The position numbers were made by a program, and so were the translations under genes. A DNA stretch of 44,274 nt from Bigelowiella natans CCMP2755 (Eukaryota; Protista; Cercozoa): NCBI GenBank assembly GCA_000320545.1, contig ADNK01000526.1, positions 1-44,274 on the forward strand, written 5' to 3'. Numbering within the stretch: position 1 is the stretch's first letter; the number at the start of each line of letters is the position of its first letter. Under the pieces are notes generated by a model, which was given only the letters and a program-made list of their open reading frames with translations, did not search any database and was not told the DNA's origin. Below are positions 1 to 12,069 of this stretch, one piece after another.

Positions 1-31
1 AAAAGGTTTAAACGTTACGTCGTAGTTGTCT

Positions 32-73
<42 letters not shown>

Positions 74-499
74 CATGTGATGGTGAAGATGGTTCGCCTT
101 CGCTGTCACCTTCCAGAAACTTGGGGGGGTCAACGATTTTTTTGGAGTAGCTGTATTTATGTGTGTGTGTGTGTGTGTGCGTGTGTGTGCGTGTGCATGA
201 TAGAATCGAAAGCATTGTTATACAAATATGAATCACATCGACCCGCCACCTGTATTGCCGGCCTCCCCCCTCTCCATTCTCCTGGTGCTCCTCCTCCTCC
301 TCCTCCTCCTCCTCTTCTTCTTCAATTCTATCAGCTGTCGCTCCTACTAGCATCAGTGAAGAGGAGGACGATGCCGATGCTACGAGGAGATGCTTCTTCT
401 TGTTCTTTTCCTCATCCTTCGACATCCTGCCATAACACACATCATGCTAATCAGGAGCGAGCATAATGATGATGATGATGATGATGATGATGGAACCAT

Positions 500-1083
500 A
501 GCATGTAACCACTTTTGCCTTTTTGGTCATAGTTTATTCATTGATTTCTTGACCTCTTCTTCCGATCTCGCTCCCTCTTTATGCGTCTACACGTGTGCGG
601 ACAAATGTGAGTTGTCGCTTCAACAGCCCGAACAATATTGAATACACACACACACACACACACACACAAGAACCCCGAACACACACGTGCGTTGTGCGTT
701 TTGTTTCTTCGTATACAAGTAGGCGTCAATTCCAGACAGTAATCTCAGGCTTTATTCGATTTTATGAAAATTAGCCACTAGAGCACCCTCCAGGGAGCTT
801 CATCCCATTAGAGGCGCTCGGTGGTTATTCTATAAGGCGGCACAATTCTGTGTCTTCCTTAATCCAAGATGTGCGACGTGCAGGAATGGACGAGGAAGGT
901 GGGAGGAGAATTACACACTAAGGGGCTGACCTCAAGAATACGTTGATGTGCGGCCGCAGAGGTTCCATCGTACCGTATGCAGAACTGGCAAAAATGAACT
1001 AGGAAACGAGGCGACGGAACAACCCAACGACAGTTATCAGTAAAAACGCTGCATCAGGCACCCTCTTCATATCAATGAATGTA

Positions 1084-1128
<45 letters not shown>

Positions 1129-1533
1129 GGAATGTATTTTCTTTGAAAATAAATCATGAAGGGTGACGACAACGACGACTTTGATGACTATAGGTTATCG
1201 ATATCACACCAATAAATTGTGCCCTTGCTCTTTATAAGATGTTCTCTCTCGGATAAATCGCAAACGAACAAAGTCACCAGTGCTTATTCTTACCGTCTGT
1301 CCCAAAGATCTACCTCGTCGTATTTTTTTTCATTTCTTTCATCATCATCATCATCATCATCATCACCACCACCATCTTGGATTCTTAATTTTGAATGATG
1401 CTTTTATTACCTGGAACTCCATCAGCCGCATCACGCAGGAATCCATTTTTGTGTATCTATTCAACACCAATTATTATCTTCATCGCACAAGTTTGTTTAG
1501 TACAAATACAGTTTGCACGCACACACACACACA

Positions 1534-1573
<40 letters not shown>

Positions 1574-2457
1574 GAGTGAGAGAGAGAGGAGAGAGAAGGG
1601 GGGGGTTGATGGGAGAGCGTGAAAGAATAAGGTAGTGGTAAAGCTAAGAATCTTGTATTTTCACATGCTTCTTATCACTCCTTTCGTGCGGCTATTGCAT
1701 TATCTTTGCTCTCTCTTCGTCAGTTCTTCACTACATGCTTGGTAGTCATCATCATCATTAACATAACTTCTACTGCTGCTGCTACAACAACAACAACAAC
1801 AACTACTACTACTACTACTGCTATTCTTGGACGTGCCGTCTCTTACCTTGAGCCTAGCAGCTTAGGAAGCTCCTTTGCAATCTCCCTCTTTACCCTGTGG
1901 AAGCTCTCCCCTTCACGATGTGAACATTATTACGATGAGGAAAGGGTGATGATCAGGAAGAGTAATGTGATAGTGTTGTTGTTGTTGTTGTTGTTGCTGC
2001 TGCTGCTGCTGCTTGTGAGGCTGAAGAAGGGGGGAGGGTAGACAAACAACCTTGTTTGCCCGCGTTATAGGCCGTTCTTTCACGTTCCAATCGCTCCTCA
2101 GGAGATTCCATGACCTTCAATGTCACCATTTGATGTTAGTACGAGCTTTAGTACCACACAGGCATGCAGACATGTGGCTTCTGCTTTCTGCCAATAACTG
2201 TCCTCTAGTCGTTCTCACCCCCCAGTCCTCCTTCCTGCTCTTCCGTGCCTCCAGAGCGTTCGTTCGCGCCACATGCTTGAGGTGCTATGAGAAAAGGTGG
2301 AGGGGTATAAAACATTACGAGTTGTATTTGGAAACGAGGCCTGAATCATCATCTTCATCATCGTCATCATCTCCATCATCGTCATCATCTTCATCATCCA
2401 CACAAGAGGAACATTTACAATATAAGAGGCAACATAACAACACACACACACACACAC

Positions 2458-2497
<40 letters not shown>

Positions 2498-2982
2498 TTA
2501 TGTATATAATTTACTCAACATCATTATATCGTATCACACATTTTTCCGAATGAGACTAAGACAAATTATCACTCCACTGACCTCTTTGCGTAGATTGTAA
2601 GCAAGCGTGAGCCGCTGTTCGATCGAATCGATCTCCATGTTCCATCTAACATGTACAAGGTTTTACCTCACGGATTTAAGCCCACAGCCCTCCTTCTTCA
2701 ATTCCACTCACTTCCAACACACACCTCTATTTCTAGGACTGTCATATTTTGGGTGCATGTACACCTTCAGGCGCACAACCATCCTTCCTTCCATTATCAA
2801 TCTTCGTGTTACCTATTGAAGTTGTCGATTATCTCCGTCTTGAACCGCCCGTGGACCCCGTACAGTGAGACTTTGAGTATGAATTTCATAGGATGAATGG
2901 GAAATTAGGCGTATCATGATGACGAGGGTTCTGGTGATAAGGAGAGTTTCTCTTCTCCTTCTGTCTCCCCCACCGTTCTCCT

Positions 2983-3027
<45 letters not shown>

Positions 3028-3590
3028 CTCAATGCACCTGCTTCATGGTTGATCATGGAGGCCGACTTGTGCATATGCTTAAGGCCCTGGAATGCCCGGC
3101 CCTTCCCCTGATCGAGGTATACCATCAAATGGGTAGAAATCGGAGTGTAACACAAAGGAGGTGTTTGTGTCAATCTATCCTTCCACACAACCTTGGAGAA
3201 TTGCATCAATGGACCGCTCACACTGATAGCCGCATCACACATTTCCACGACCGACCGCGCATATCGCTCGAATCGTCGCCGCATCATCCGGATGTTCTGT
3301 CGAAATGTTAAAAAGAAAAGTTACAATTTGGAAGCTGCTGTGTTGGGCTTGACATCATGCGTCTTCAAAGCTGGCCACTCGCTTATTTCCGTAGATAATA
3401 TCCCGATCGATTATGAAGCCCGATATTCTTCTTCTTCGTCTTTTCTCTCCCCACCGTTCGAAGAATTGCTTGCTGTTTATTAACCTGTTGCATTGTCTTA
3501 ACGTGGGAGGCATATCGCTTCAGGTCCACATCCTCAGCCTCACTGGTATCTACCCACCACTTTCTCTTCAAACCCCCAACGGTCATGCTG
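500..3590 (-). CDS. Possible multi-exon hypothetical gene(s); exon structure unresolved
   Basis: Non-repetitive blocks bounded by minus-strand AG/GT sites between SSR tracts (e.g. MTVGGLKRKWWVDTSEAEDVDLKRYASHVKTMQQ; LTQTPPLCYTPISTHLMVYLDQGKGRAFQGLKHMHK). No recognisable family, and I could not join the frames cleanly. Confidence 0.25.
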
Positions 3591-4014
3591 CAATGCGTAA
3601 GTATCAAAGCTCTCTATGGCGCGGGGGGGCACAAGAAGGGGGTGGGGAACCCCTACTGCCCTCAGTACGTAGGTACGAATTCGGAGGTACAACAGGAGTA
3701 TTATTTCCTGACATTCCACTTTCGGTATGAAACCCCAAACAATTTATCCCTGCGACATCAATTAAAAGCCTCCGAACAGGATAAAACGCAGAGAGGCGTT
3801 GGGGGAACCTGGAAGTCAGACCTTCGGGATCGCAGATCGTGCAGAGTATCGCACAAATGGCCTGTGTCGTAATGCCGCGACAGGCCTTCTTTCCCCGAAC
3901 GACTTGATCAATCCGGATGCGCTGCCTGGTGCACATCGAAACAGGCACAAGGAACGCTCGGCTGCCCCCCCTTTCTGACCGAGAGGGGAAGAAAATGGAG
4001 TCCTGAGCAAGATC

Positions 4015-4406
4015 GTGGCGCGGTGGAGGTGGCGTTCCGTGATCCTCCGAGCGCTGATTGTTGTGTTTATACCGTGGTGGTTGGGTTTTGAATGGGGCGG
4101 GGGAAGAAGGCTACTACTGGCACGGAACACCGAAGATGGGGGGCATGGCGTTGCGACGAATCGAAGGGCCTCGCCGTCGTACCTCTGGCAAAGAATCGAG
4201 GGCGGGGGAATGGGAGGCAGGTCTAGTGTAAAAGGCAAGTCGAAGAAGATGAGCAGGAACAAAAAAAGGTGGAAAGTGCCCGTGAGCACAGCCGACGACA
4301 AATACCTCCCAGAGACCAGCGAAGAAGGTTCCGCAAGTAATGAAAACAAAAGAGAGTTTAAGCACATGCGCAGCATGCCGATGGTACACGTATCGCACAC
4401 CCACAC

Positions 4407-4449
<43 letters not shown>

Positions 4450-4953
4450 GGCCACAGCTTATTCTGTGCCTTATGTGCTCTATCGTGACGTGATAATAGA
4501 CATGAAGAGCCGAGGAGAATGGGGAGAAGCAATTGACGGCGGAAGAATAAGGGCTGTGGATAGAGACAATTGCAGCGATGATATCAACTTGGAAGTTCGT
4601 CGTCAATCAGCACGATACGCAATCAAGAATACCTGAACAACAGAACGACTTTGTGTTAATATCTAGTGTGTACTAACAATTTACATCATGTCCTGACACT
4701 CAGAGATCCTTCTCTGTTCCGTAATTCTAAATATCCTCATCGCCGTCGCTGCCACCATCATCACCATCATCGTCATCATCATCACCATCGTTGTGCCCTT
4801 TGCTCAACGCAATGGACTACTTACTCAGGATGCGGAGCTCGAATTCGAAAGCAGCGACAGTGAAGCGGAGTTGGCCAGCCACGAGCCACCCCGCATTAAG
4901 GATTTGGATATTAGGAAGAAATACGCACCGTACGACAACTACATGATATTTTG
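4015..4953 (+). CDS. Possible short spliced hypothetical protein with hydrophobic N-terminus
   Basis: ORF 4015 (ARWRWRSVILRALIVVFIPWWLG...RSMPM|GTACAC) and a downstream exon after CAG at ~4828 (DAELEFESSDSEAELASHEPPRIKDLDIRKKYAPYDNYMIF*). Start codon and middle exon are uncertain. Confidence 0.25.
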
Positions 4954-5105
4954 AAAATGTATCGTACCTATTCAAAGAAGAAGTAAAGGAGTGCGTGCGT
5001 GTGTAGGCGTTTTTTTATAATATTTAGATACTAATATTTTTTATGAGTATAATACAATTATTCGGTTCATCTTAAAAAGTCTTCCTAGGAATATATATAA
5101 ATATA

Positions 5106-5141
<36 letters not shown>

Positions 5142-5697
5142 GCACTGACAGAAGGGATATATGTTGGCTCGCTTTCCTGTATAATAAAATTCATGTTGTA
5201 TATTCAGCCTACTTGCACTGAGCAGCACCGAAGAAGAGGCGATTCGGGAGCTGGGCCACACTTCGAAACTAATTGATGACTTTGGCGCCGTGGTCGCTTT
5301 ATTTATATACTATTTCTTAATGGCGTGTTATTGCGCATCGTATCATTAGGAAGGGTAGTTGTGAGCCATAGGTGAGAAGACGTGTGAGCTGTGGGTGAGG
5401 GCGGCTGGTAGCGTGAATTAATAGCAGCGGCATCCACGAAATGGTTGTAGGCACGGTTAGACGATAGATGAACGTTGCATGTTGCGCAGGGATCGATGCG
5501 GACTCCTTACACCGACCCTTCTCCTCCTCCTTCCCCTGTAGAACCTGGATGCCAAGGATACGACTACGCCAGGATTGCAAGAAACGTACTACCACAGAGA
5601 CGATTGCTTGTGTGCTGCTTCAACGGGAATTGAAAAGACTGCATTTTCGCATTTTTCCTCTCTTTTTTTCTCATCATATCAGACCCTCCCTCACACC

Positions 5698-5736
<39 letters not shown>

Positions 5737-5780
5737 TCATATTTCTTCTTCTTCTTCTTCTTCTTCTACTTCCTAACAGT

Positions 5781-7130
5781 ATTGAGAGACTCCGACAGTT
5801 GCAGTTGCAGACTACCAGCGGCGGCAGTGGTACGACGAGGAAAACAAGGCTGAAACAGGAAAGCAGGTCCTCCTCCATCGATGCGGGTGTGGAAGGAGTT
5901 AGTTCTATGAGAGGCCATGGAAATCACAACGGTGATGAGACTGGAAAGGGCAGTGATAACACGATTACAACCAAGAATGAGAGTGCAACAGCGCCCTACG
6001 TCCCGCAGGGAGAAGAGGCTGACGATTCTTCTGAGATTATTCAAAGCATATATCGGTAGTGTGACGTCGTTTGTTTGTTCTTAGGTGTTCTCTCAAAATC
6101 TCTCTCTCTCTCTCTCTTCCCCCCCTCTCTACCTCCATCTCCCCCCCCCCGCCTTTCTCTGTCTTTATTTTTTTCAATTCTCTTCTCCGTCCCTCTTCCT
6201 TCGAAACGCACATATGGAAAACAATAAAATTACGGTACGGGACCAGGGAGGCGAACGAGCTCTTTGGAAACGATACTCATCCGATGAACGACACCTCTAA
6301 GGGGAAGGAGGTACTGCTTGCAGTTGCTGCTGCTGGTGGTGGTGGTGGTGGTGGTGGTGCTTCTGCTCGCTCTGCACATACTGCCATAAAAACTCTCACT
6401 AGTGCGAAAGAAAGGGACCGCTCTCCACTGCAGCTGGTGTGAGTGTGTGAGCAAGTGTGTATGTGTATTGTGTGTGCGTTTGTGTGTGTGTGTGTATGTG
6501 CGTTTGTGTGTGTGTGTGTGTGTGTGTTTCATGATACCCAGATATTGGCGAAGATGCTGAGCGAAGTCAGCATCGGTGACGACAAGGACTATGTGCAAGC
6601 GTTGAAAAACGGTGAACTGAGCGGACTCCAGTATCGCTACGGAGGAGATGATCACGAGTAAACAAGCCAATATATTATGCTGCTAGTACTGTAACTAGTG
6701 ATGCTTTTCTTCTACGCAAAAAACAACATCTAACGACTTGGCTCCTGCTATTTCGGAAGAAATGCTTATTTGGGGTTCTTCACTGCCATAGAAAATTAAG
6801 GGGAGAGGGGGCATAGCATGCACAGCATCCAAAAAATGATATGAAGAAGAAGAAAAGATAAAAATATATATAATTGTTGAATTATTCTTTTCTCGCTTCA
6901 GTTTAGGAAACGGCGAAACTGGTTCTACATCGCAAAATTTGTCCGCACACGCGAACATTACTGCTGGATACTACTCAGAACTGTTAGCGAGGCTTGGTGT
7001 TGGTGCTGAGAGAAAGCGCAATGGGAAGATATTGATTCACGATCCCACGGCTGGAAGGGCCGATGGGGAAGACGATGACATCGAGGAGGATGACGACGAT
7101 GACGAAGACGAATATGGCGACGATGCTTAG
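5781..7130 (+). CDS. Spliced hypothetical protein with acidic C-terminus (3' exons)
   Basis: Exon 6542-6658 (ILAKMLSEVSIGDDKDYVQALKNGELSGLQYRYGGDDH, donor GA|GTAAAC) joins in phase to exon 6902-7130 (LGNGETGSTSQNLSAHANITAGYYSELLARLG...DDDDEDEYGDDA*). An upstream exon lies at ~5781-6055; the 5' end is unresolved. Confidence 0.45.
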
Positions 7131-7995
7131 CATTGCGTCGTCTATATCCACCTAGCTATCTAGCTATGTGTACATTTTGATGTAGAGAAATATGCTAGAG
7201 GTACACGTGCGTCTAGATGCACGTTGCTAGCACGCGTGTAGCGCACCCACGCAAGTTATTTTAGATGATGAGATGGTTCTCTAGCAGTTTAGAGTTTTTT
7301 AGTTCTACATCAAGGTTGCGCCAGCATTGCTGCATGCTAGCATGCACCCATATCGCTTCATGCAAGAGCGCACGTGCATGCTCTAGCTGCTAGCATGCGT
7401 TCGATTCATTGCATTTGAACGTTGCATGTGCACAAGACTAGAAGACTAGAAGACCTAGCTGTGTTAGACGCAGATCGACACCTCTACACACAAACCTCTA
7501 GACCTACGTCTGACATCTAGATGGCTAGCATGTGGATGGAGCCACTACATACTAAATTGGGATGATGCATGTCACACCATATGAGCGATGTGGCTAGCTC
7601 GAAGAGCAAGATGACATCCTCGCCCACATGTCCTCAGATCTCTACGATGCACATCAGGAGCTCAATGCAAACGTGTAGCATTCACTCAATCATGCGTAGC
7701 AGGCAAATGATGCACAAGACTGGGCCAGTTGACAGCGGTGCTGAGCGCTCTCGTATGGCCGAACGATGATTCTTTCATTCTGCTTCCCCAATCAATGTTT
7801 CATGAGCAAAATGAACATGACCAATTGTGAGCTGTGTTCAAGAAAAAACATGGCAGATGGCACAGGATTTCCTATGCCGACGCATACAAACTGGTTGATG
7901 CAAATAAGCACCGTGTCGTACTCTACACATATCATTTCTTTCAAACAAATGACGATGTTGACATCATGCGCTTATCTTTGCTAGACAATATTTCT

Positions 7996-9819
7996 CTATG
8001 CAGAAGCGAACAATCTCTTACGAATGGTGTTCGTAACTGGTTCCTCCTTGTAAGGCACCGAGGAGTGGTGGAGGAAGATGCGTGGTTTGCCATCAGGGTT
8101 ACGCTTGTAGCCGAAGGTGTACTCAACGCGAGTCTCACTGTTGTCTGCAGCAGAGGTGAAAACGTAGTCTCCCATAGCAATAGCGACAGGACCGTTGAAG
8201 TCGAGCTGATGGTTGCGGAATACAACGTTTTTCCATCCCTTACCACCGTTGATAGCGAATCCAGCATCTTCTCCAACGTATCCGTTCTCGACAACATCGC
8301 CTCCTACGAAGTAAGACATAGCTTCTTCGCCAGTAGGACGGAATGGGTGGTCAGTGGCCTTTGTAGGCTTGAAGAGTACGTTGGTGTTGCCGTATCCGTA
8401 GAGGATTCCAGCTTGCTTGCCAGCCTCTCCGATGTAGTCTCCACCATCGAGGTAGGTCTTACTGATAGTCTGGATTGCGTTAGCCCAGTTTTTCTGGCAC
8501 TCAAGGACCTCAGCTTCTGTGATAGGAGCAACCTCCTCCTTGTAAGGCACTGAAGAGTGGTGAACGAAAATGCGCACATTGCCATCGTCGTTGCGCTTGT
8601 AGCCGAAGGTGTACTCAACGCGAGTCTCGCTACCATCAGCTGCGGAGGTGAAAACGTAGTCTCCCATAGCAATAGCGACAGGGCCGTTCAAGTCAACCTG
8701 GTGGTTGCGGAATACAACTTTGCTCCATCCCTTACCACCGTTGATAGCGAATCCAGCATCTTCTCCAACGTATCCATTATCAACAACATCGCCTCCCACG
8801 AAGTAAGACATAGCCTGTTCGCCAGTAGGACGGAATGGATGGTCAGTGGCCTTTGTCGGCTTGAAGAGTACGTTGGTGTTGCCGTATCCGTAGAGGATTC
8901 CAGCTTGCTTGCCAGCCTCTCCGATGTAGTCTCCACCATCGAGGTAGGTCTTACTGATAGTCTGGATTGCGTTAGCCCATTTCTCCTGGCACTCAGTCAC
9001 TTCCTTCAGAGTAACAGGAGCTGGGCTCTCACTGTATGGTACGGAAGAGTGGTGGAGGAAGATTCGCACTTTTCCATCATCGTTGCGCTTGTAGCCGAAG
9101 GTGTACTCAACCTTTGTTTCTGTTCCAGTGGTCGCACAGGTGAAAACGTATGATCCCATTGCAACAGCGGTGTTACCGTTGATGTCGATGTCGTGATTGT
9201 TAAAGACAACGTTGCTCCATCCCTTGCCGCCGTTGATAGCGAAGCCAGCATCTTCCTTGTAACCTTTTTCGACAGCATTACCTCCTACGAAGTAAGACAT
9301 TGCTTCCTCTCCGGTGGGACGGAAAGGGAACTCAGCTGCTTTAGTAGGTTTGAATAGGACCTTGGATTTGCCATAGCCATAGAGCTCGGCAGCAGCATCT
9401 CCAGCGGTCTTGATGTAGTCACCACCGTTGAGGTAAGTTCTGCTGATAGTTTTGATTGCTTCAGCCCATTTTGATTGCGCATTGAGGACCTCTGCTTCAG
9501 TGATGGTTGCAGATGCAGGTCCAGAAACTGCTACACCTGGACCAGCTGTCTGTAAAACAGAAGGCTTATCGAGAAGCTTGAATGCACCAGCTCCGATTGC
9601 TCCAGCCCCGATCAAAGTGAGCAGAGAATCAGGATCTGCAACGCGGACAGCAGTGCGCTTGGAGTTCATGGGACCAAGAAGCCTCCTTGCCGCGCTCTTT
9701 CCACAGTCCAACCTAGGTGCATGACGGAGTGTAGCTCCTTGTGTACGCTGAATCGTGCGCAGAGGCGAGATAGAGGCCGCAGCCAATGTGGTTACGGTGA
9801 AGAGGAGGGGGACCTGCAT
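7996..9819 (-). CDS. Iota-class carbonic anhydrase (COG4337-type, three tandem domains), 607 aa, intronless, with bipartite targeting presequence
   Basis: Three ~164 aa repeats, each with Q..WA.AI..IS, VLFKPTKA, EDAGFAING, AMG.YVFT, VEYTFGYKR and the iota-CA signature RIF(L/V)HHSSVPY. N-terminus is a signal peptide (MQVPLLFTVTTLAAA) followed by an Arg-rich transit-like region. Confidence 0.92.
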   Translation of the reverse strand: MQVPLLFTVTTLAAASISPLRTIQRTQGATLRHAPRLDCGKSAARRLLGPMNSKRTAVRVADPDSLLTLIGAGAIGAGAFKLLDKPSVLQTAGPGVAVSGPASATITEAEVLNAQSKWAEAIKTISRTYLNGGDYIKTAGDAAAELYGYGKSKVLFKPTKAAEFPFRPTGEEAMSYFVGGNAVEKGYKEDAGFAINGGKGWSNVVFNNHDIDINGNTAVAMGSYVFTCATTGTETKVEYTFGYKRNDDGKVRIFLHHSSVPYSESPAPVTLKEVTECQEKWANAIQTISKTYLDGGDYIGEAGKQAGILYGYGNTNVLFKPTKATDHPFRPTGEQAMSYFVGGDVVDNGYVGEDAGFAINGGKGWSKVVFRNHQVDLNGPVAIAMGDYVFTSAADGSETRVEYTFGYKRNDDGNVRIFVHHSSVPYKEEVAPITEAEVLECQKNWANAIQTISKTYLDGGDYIGEAGKQAGILYGYGNTNVLFKPTKATDHPFRPTGEEAMSYFVGGDVVENGYVGEDAGFAINGGKGWKNVVFRNHQLDFNGPVAIAMGDYVFTSAADNSETRVEYTFGYKRNPDGKPRIFLHHSSVPYKEEPVTNTIRKRLFASA

Positions 9820-10269
9820 GGCTTCGGTTTATGTAGCTTTGCAACCAAAACCACTTCTCCTGAATGTTTTTAACTCTCATCGCAGCTGTTTTCCTGCGAC
9901 TATGTTATTCGCCGTATTTTCGTCATTTTTCCCCTTCACTAGTCAACTGCGAAAGGCGGCGGTTGAAAAGGACGAATACGTTAGCAGGGGTTGAAGTGAA
10001 ATGTAAATTTAACAGCCGGCCGGGCTTCTCGCTATCTTTTGCATGCAAATTGATGGCGTTTTGATCTGGTGAAATGTTGCAAAGGAAGGCGCCAAACAAT
10101 GTGCTGCAATTTATGAACAAATTTACCTGGATTTTCAAATGGACGACAAGGAAGGATCGAAAGAACTGTCTATTGATGAAGACAGCTAAATAAAATGGGA
10201 AGCTGTTCTTTTCGCGCTTTTTTTATATTGCCGTCGGTTTTTTTTCGCATTTTTTAAGGCAATAACAAA

Positions 10270-11945
10270 CCCCTGGGTGAAACCATCAACGACAACACAT
10301 TTGGCCAATGGGACAATGGGATGAGAAACAAGCCGAGAACATCCTACACATTTTGGCTCCAACTAAGGAACCGATCAGTTGTCAAGATCGAACGAAGCAA
10401 AGGAAGTGATGAGACTTTTTGGTTGAATTGTGCTCCCTTCGTTCGGGTCCATGAGAAAACACAGGAGAAAAGTTGGCACTTCTGAGAAAAATTGGTTTCA
10501 AAAACGTCTTTCTTTCTCTTGTTCCGATCATCACTAATTGCTTTCTTTCTTTCCTTCCGATCGCACACTGTGATCGTTTCATTCGTTCTTCACTCACAGT
10601 TTCGTTCAATTTCTCCTGTGTGCCCCAAATTGAGGAGGTTGTGGAAGAGTCAGCACAACCCACGATGCCTCCAGCTGCACCGTTGGAATCACTTTGTCCG
10701 TTCACTCAGACACTCACCGTGACAGGCTTGTCGAGAAGTCTGGTGGACTTCCGCGCACACAATTGGACGCCTTCAGAGCACACACGCAACTGCTCACCCA
10801 TGTCGCTTGTTCGTTGTTCGATTCGAGGCTTGTCTGGCTTGTCACAGCAGCGCCAGTTGTGTGTACAGTCAGAACGTCGAACAACTGAACGTGGACGTTG
10901 TCACATCCAGCCAATCGACCAGCTCCCAGTTCGACTTCCCAAACCAGAAACAAATCGACAGCCACTTGTCGCACCGGCCAAGCTTGGAAGGCTTCACCTG
11001 AGAGCACAGCATGCAAGCAGCAGCGCACGTGTCAAGCAAGATTCGATGTGAACAACTGGTAAACGCGTCCACCAAAGCACCAAAGCTGGAAAGCTGCGCA
11101 TGGTGGAGAATCAATGAGCAATGAGACCGAGCTAGCGTGCGGAGTTGAGAGAACAAATGATGCAACGTGCCTCTTGACGTGTGTGCACGCGCGTGACACG
11201 TGTTGTTCACCAGTGTGTTCACACGTGCTCACTTCATTGCATTGGATTGTCTTCAGACGTTTCCGTTTGACACAAAGGTCATTGTGAATCTCTTGCTTCA
11301 CGCGCATGCAAAAACACAAGGAACTCAACATTGTGGCCTCCTTGTTGAAATCACAAGCTAGCTAGCAAGTGATGTGCACATGGCTATGTGCTAACATCAC
11401 ATCACAGACAACATGAATGGATGTGCACCTGCATCTCTCATGTGCTCTAGCCAGCTAGTGCAAGTGCTGATTTGCACTGCACACAAACCCTGTGTTGCAG
11501 TCTAGCAGTGTTGACAGCGAAATGATTGATGTGTGTGGCATGCCACACACTAGCACACGCTAGCACGGCTTTGATCACATGCACGTTGAGAGACGTGTCT
11601 CTCAATGAGAACTTGCATGTGTGCGCATGCATGGTGGCATGCACACAATTGCACAGTCTAGCAGTGCGTGCAGTGCGCGTGTGCGATTGATCTAGTGATC
11701 TAGTGATGCGCGCACTATGTGCACAATTTCACGCATTGCGCCTGATCGAGCATGCTACAACATGTGCGGTCATCATCACGTGCTGCCAAAGCGTAGCATG
11801 CAGATCACTTTTGTGCATTTGCACACTTTGTGCACATGTCATCAGCACTAGAGCTGTGTGATGGTGATGTGCGCAGGCTTGCTAGCTTGCACGATTGAGC
11901 GAGGCACCGACAGGGCACAATCCACATGAGTTCTGCACTGCATCA
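10270..11945. other. TpA-depleted, CA/TG-enriched intergenic patch (strongest example)
   Basis: By-eye count: 4 TA in 10381-11340; 17 TA in 11341-11940, of which 12 are CTAG and the other 5 are CTA or TAG. Confidence 0.9.
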
Positions 11946-12069
11946 CCATAATGGTGTTGCACATGGTGCAGTTTGGACAATAAATCGTTTCACATGATGT
12001 GCACAATGCAAAGAGTGTTATAATTGGTGTCTCAGTGACTCAGCGCTGTAAACATAGCTGTGTTAAGGT

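Larger units (their letters stand above)
1..6530. repeat. Microsatellite-dense region: (TA)n, (GT)n, (GA)n, (GAT)n, (CCT)n, (ACA)n, (GTT)n
   Basis: Directly visible tracts, e.g. (TA)n 34-70, (GA)n ~1538-1595, (CT)n ~2987-3021, (TA)n ~5110-5137. Confidence 0.95.

Noticed and set aside
26-2600. ORFs with poly-YI/CV/ER/H/L runs, here and at 30-44 kb
   Set aside because: Translations of intronic microsatellites.
7834-9153. Long plus-strand ORFs (7834-8553, 8557-9153, also 24126-25127)
   Set aside because: Antisense shadows of the iota-CA coding repeats.
10473-11051. 192 aa ORF and similar ORFs in TA-free patches (e.g. 15525-16097)
   Set aside because: Loss of TAA/TAG inflates ORF length; the translations are H/C-rich with no recognisable motifs.
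10270-11945. CpG-methylation decay or classical RIP as the cause of the CA/TG excess
   Set aside because: CpG remains common (cgcg, acgt, tcga) and TA is lost rather than gained; RIP would increase TA.
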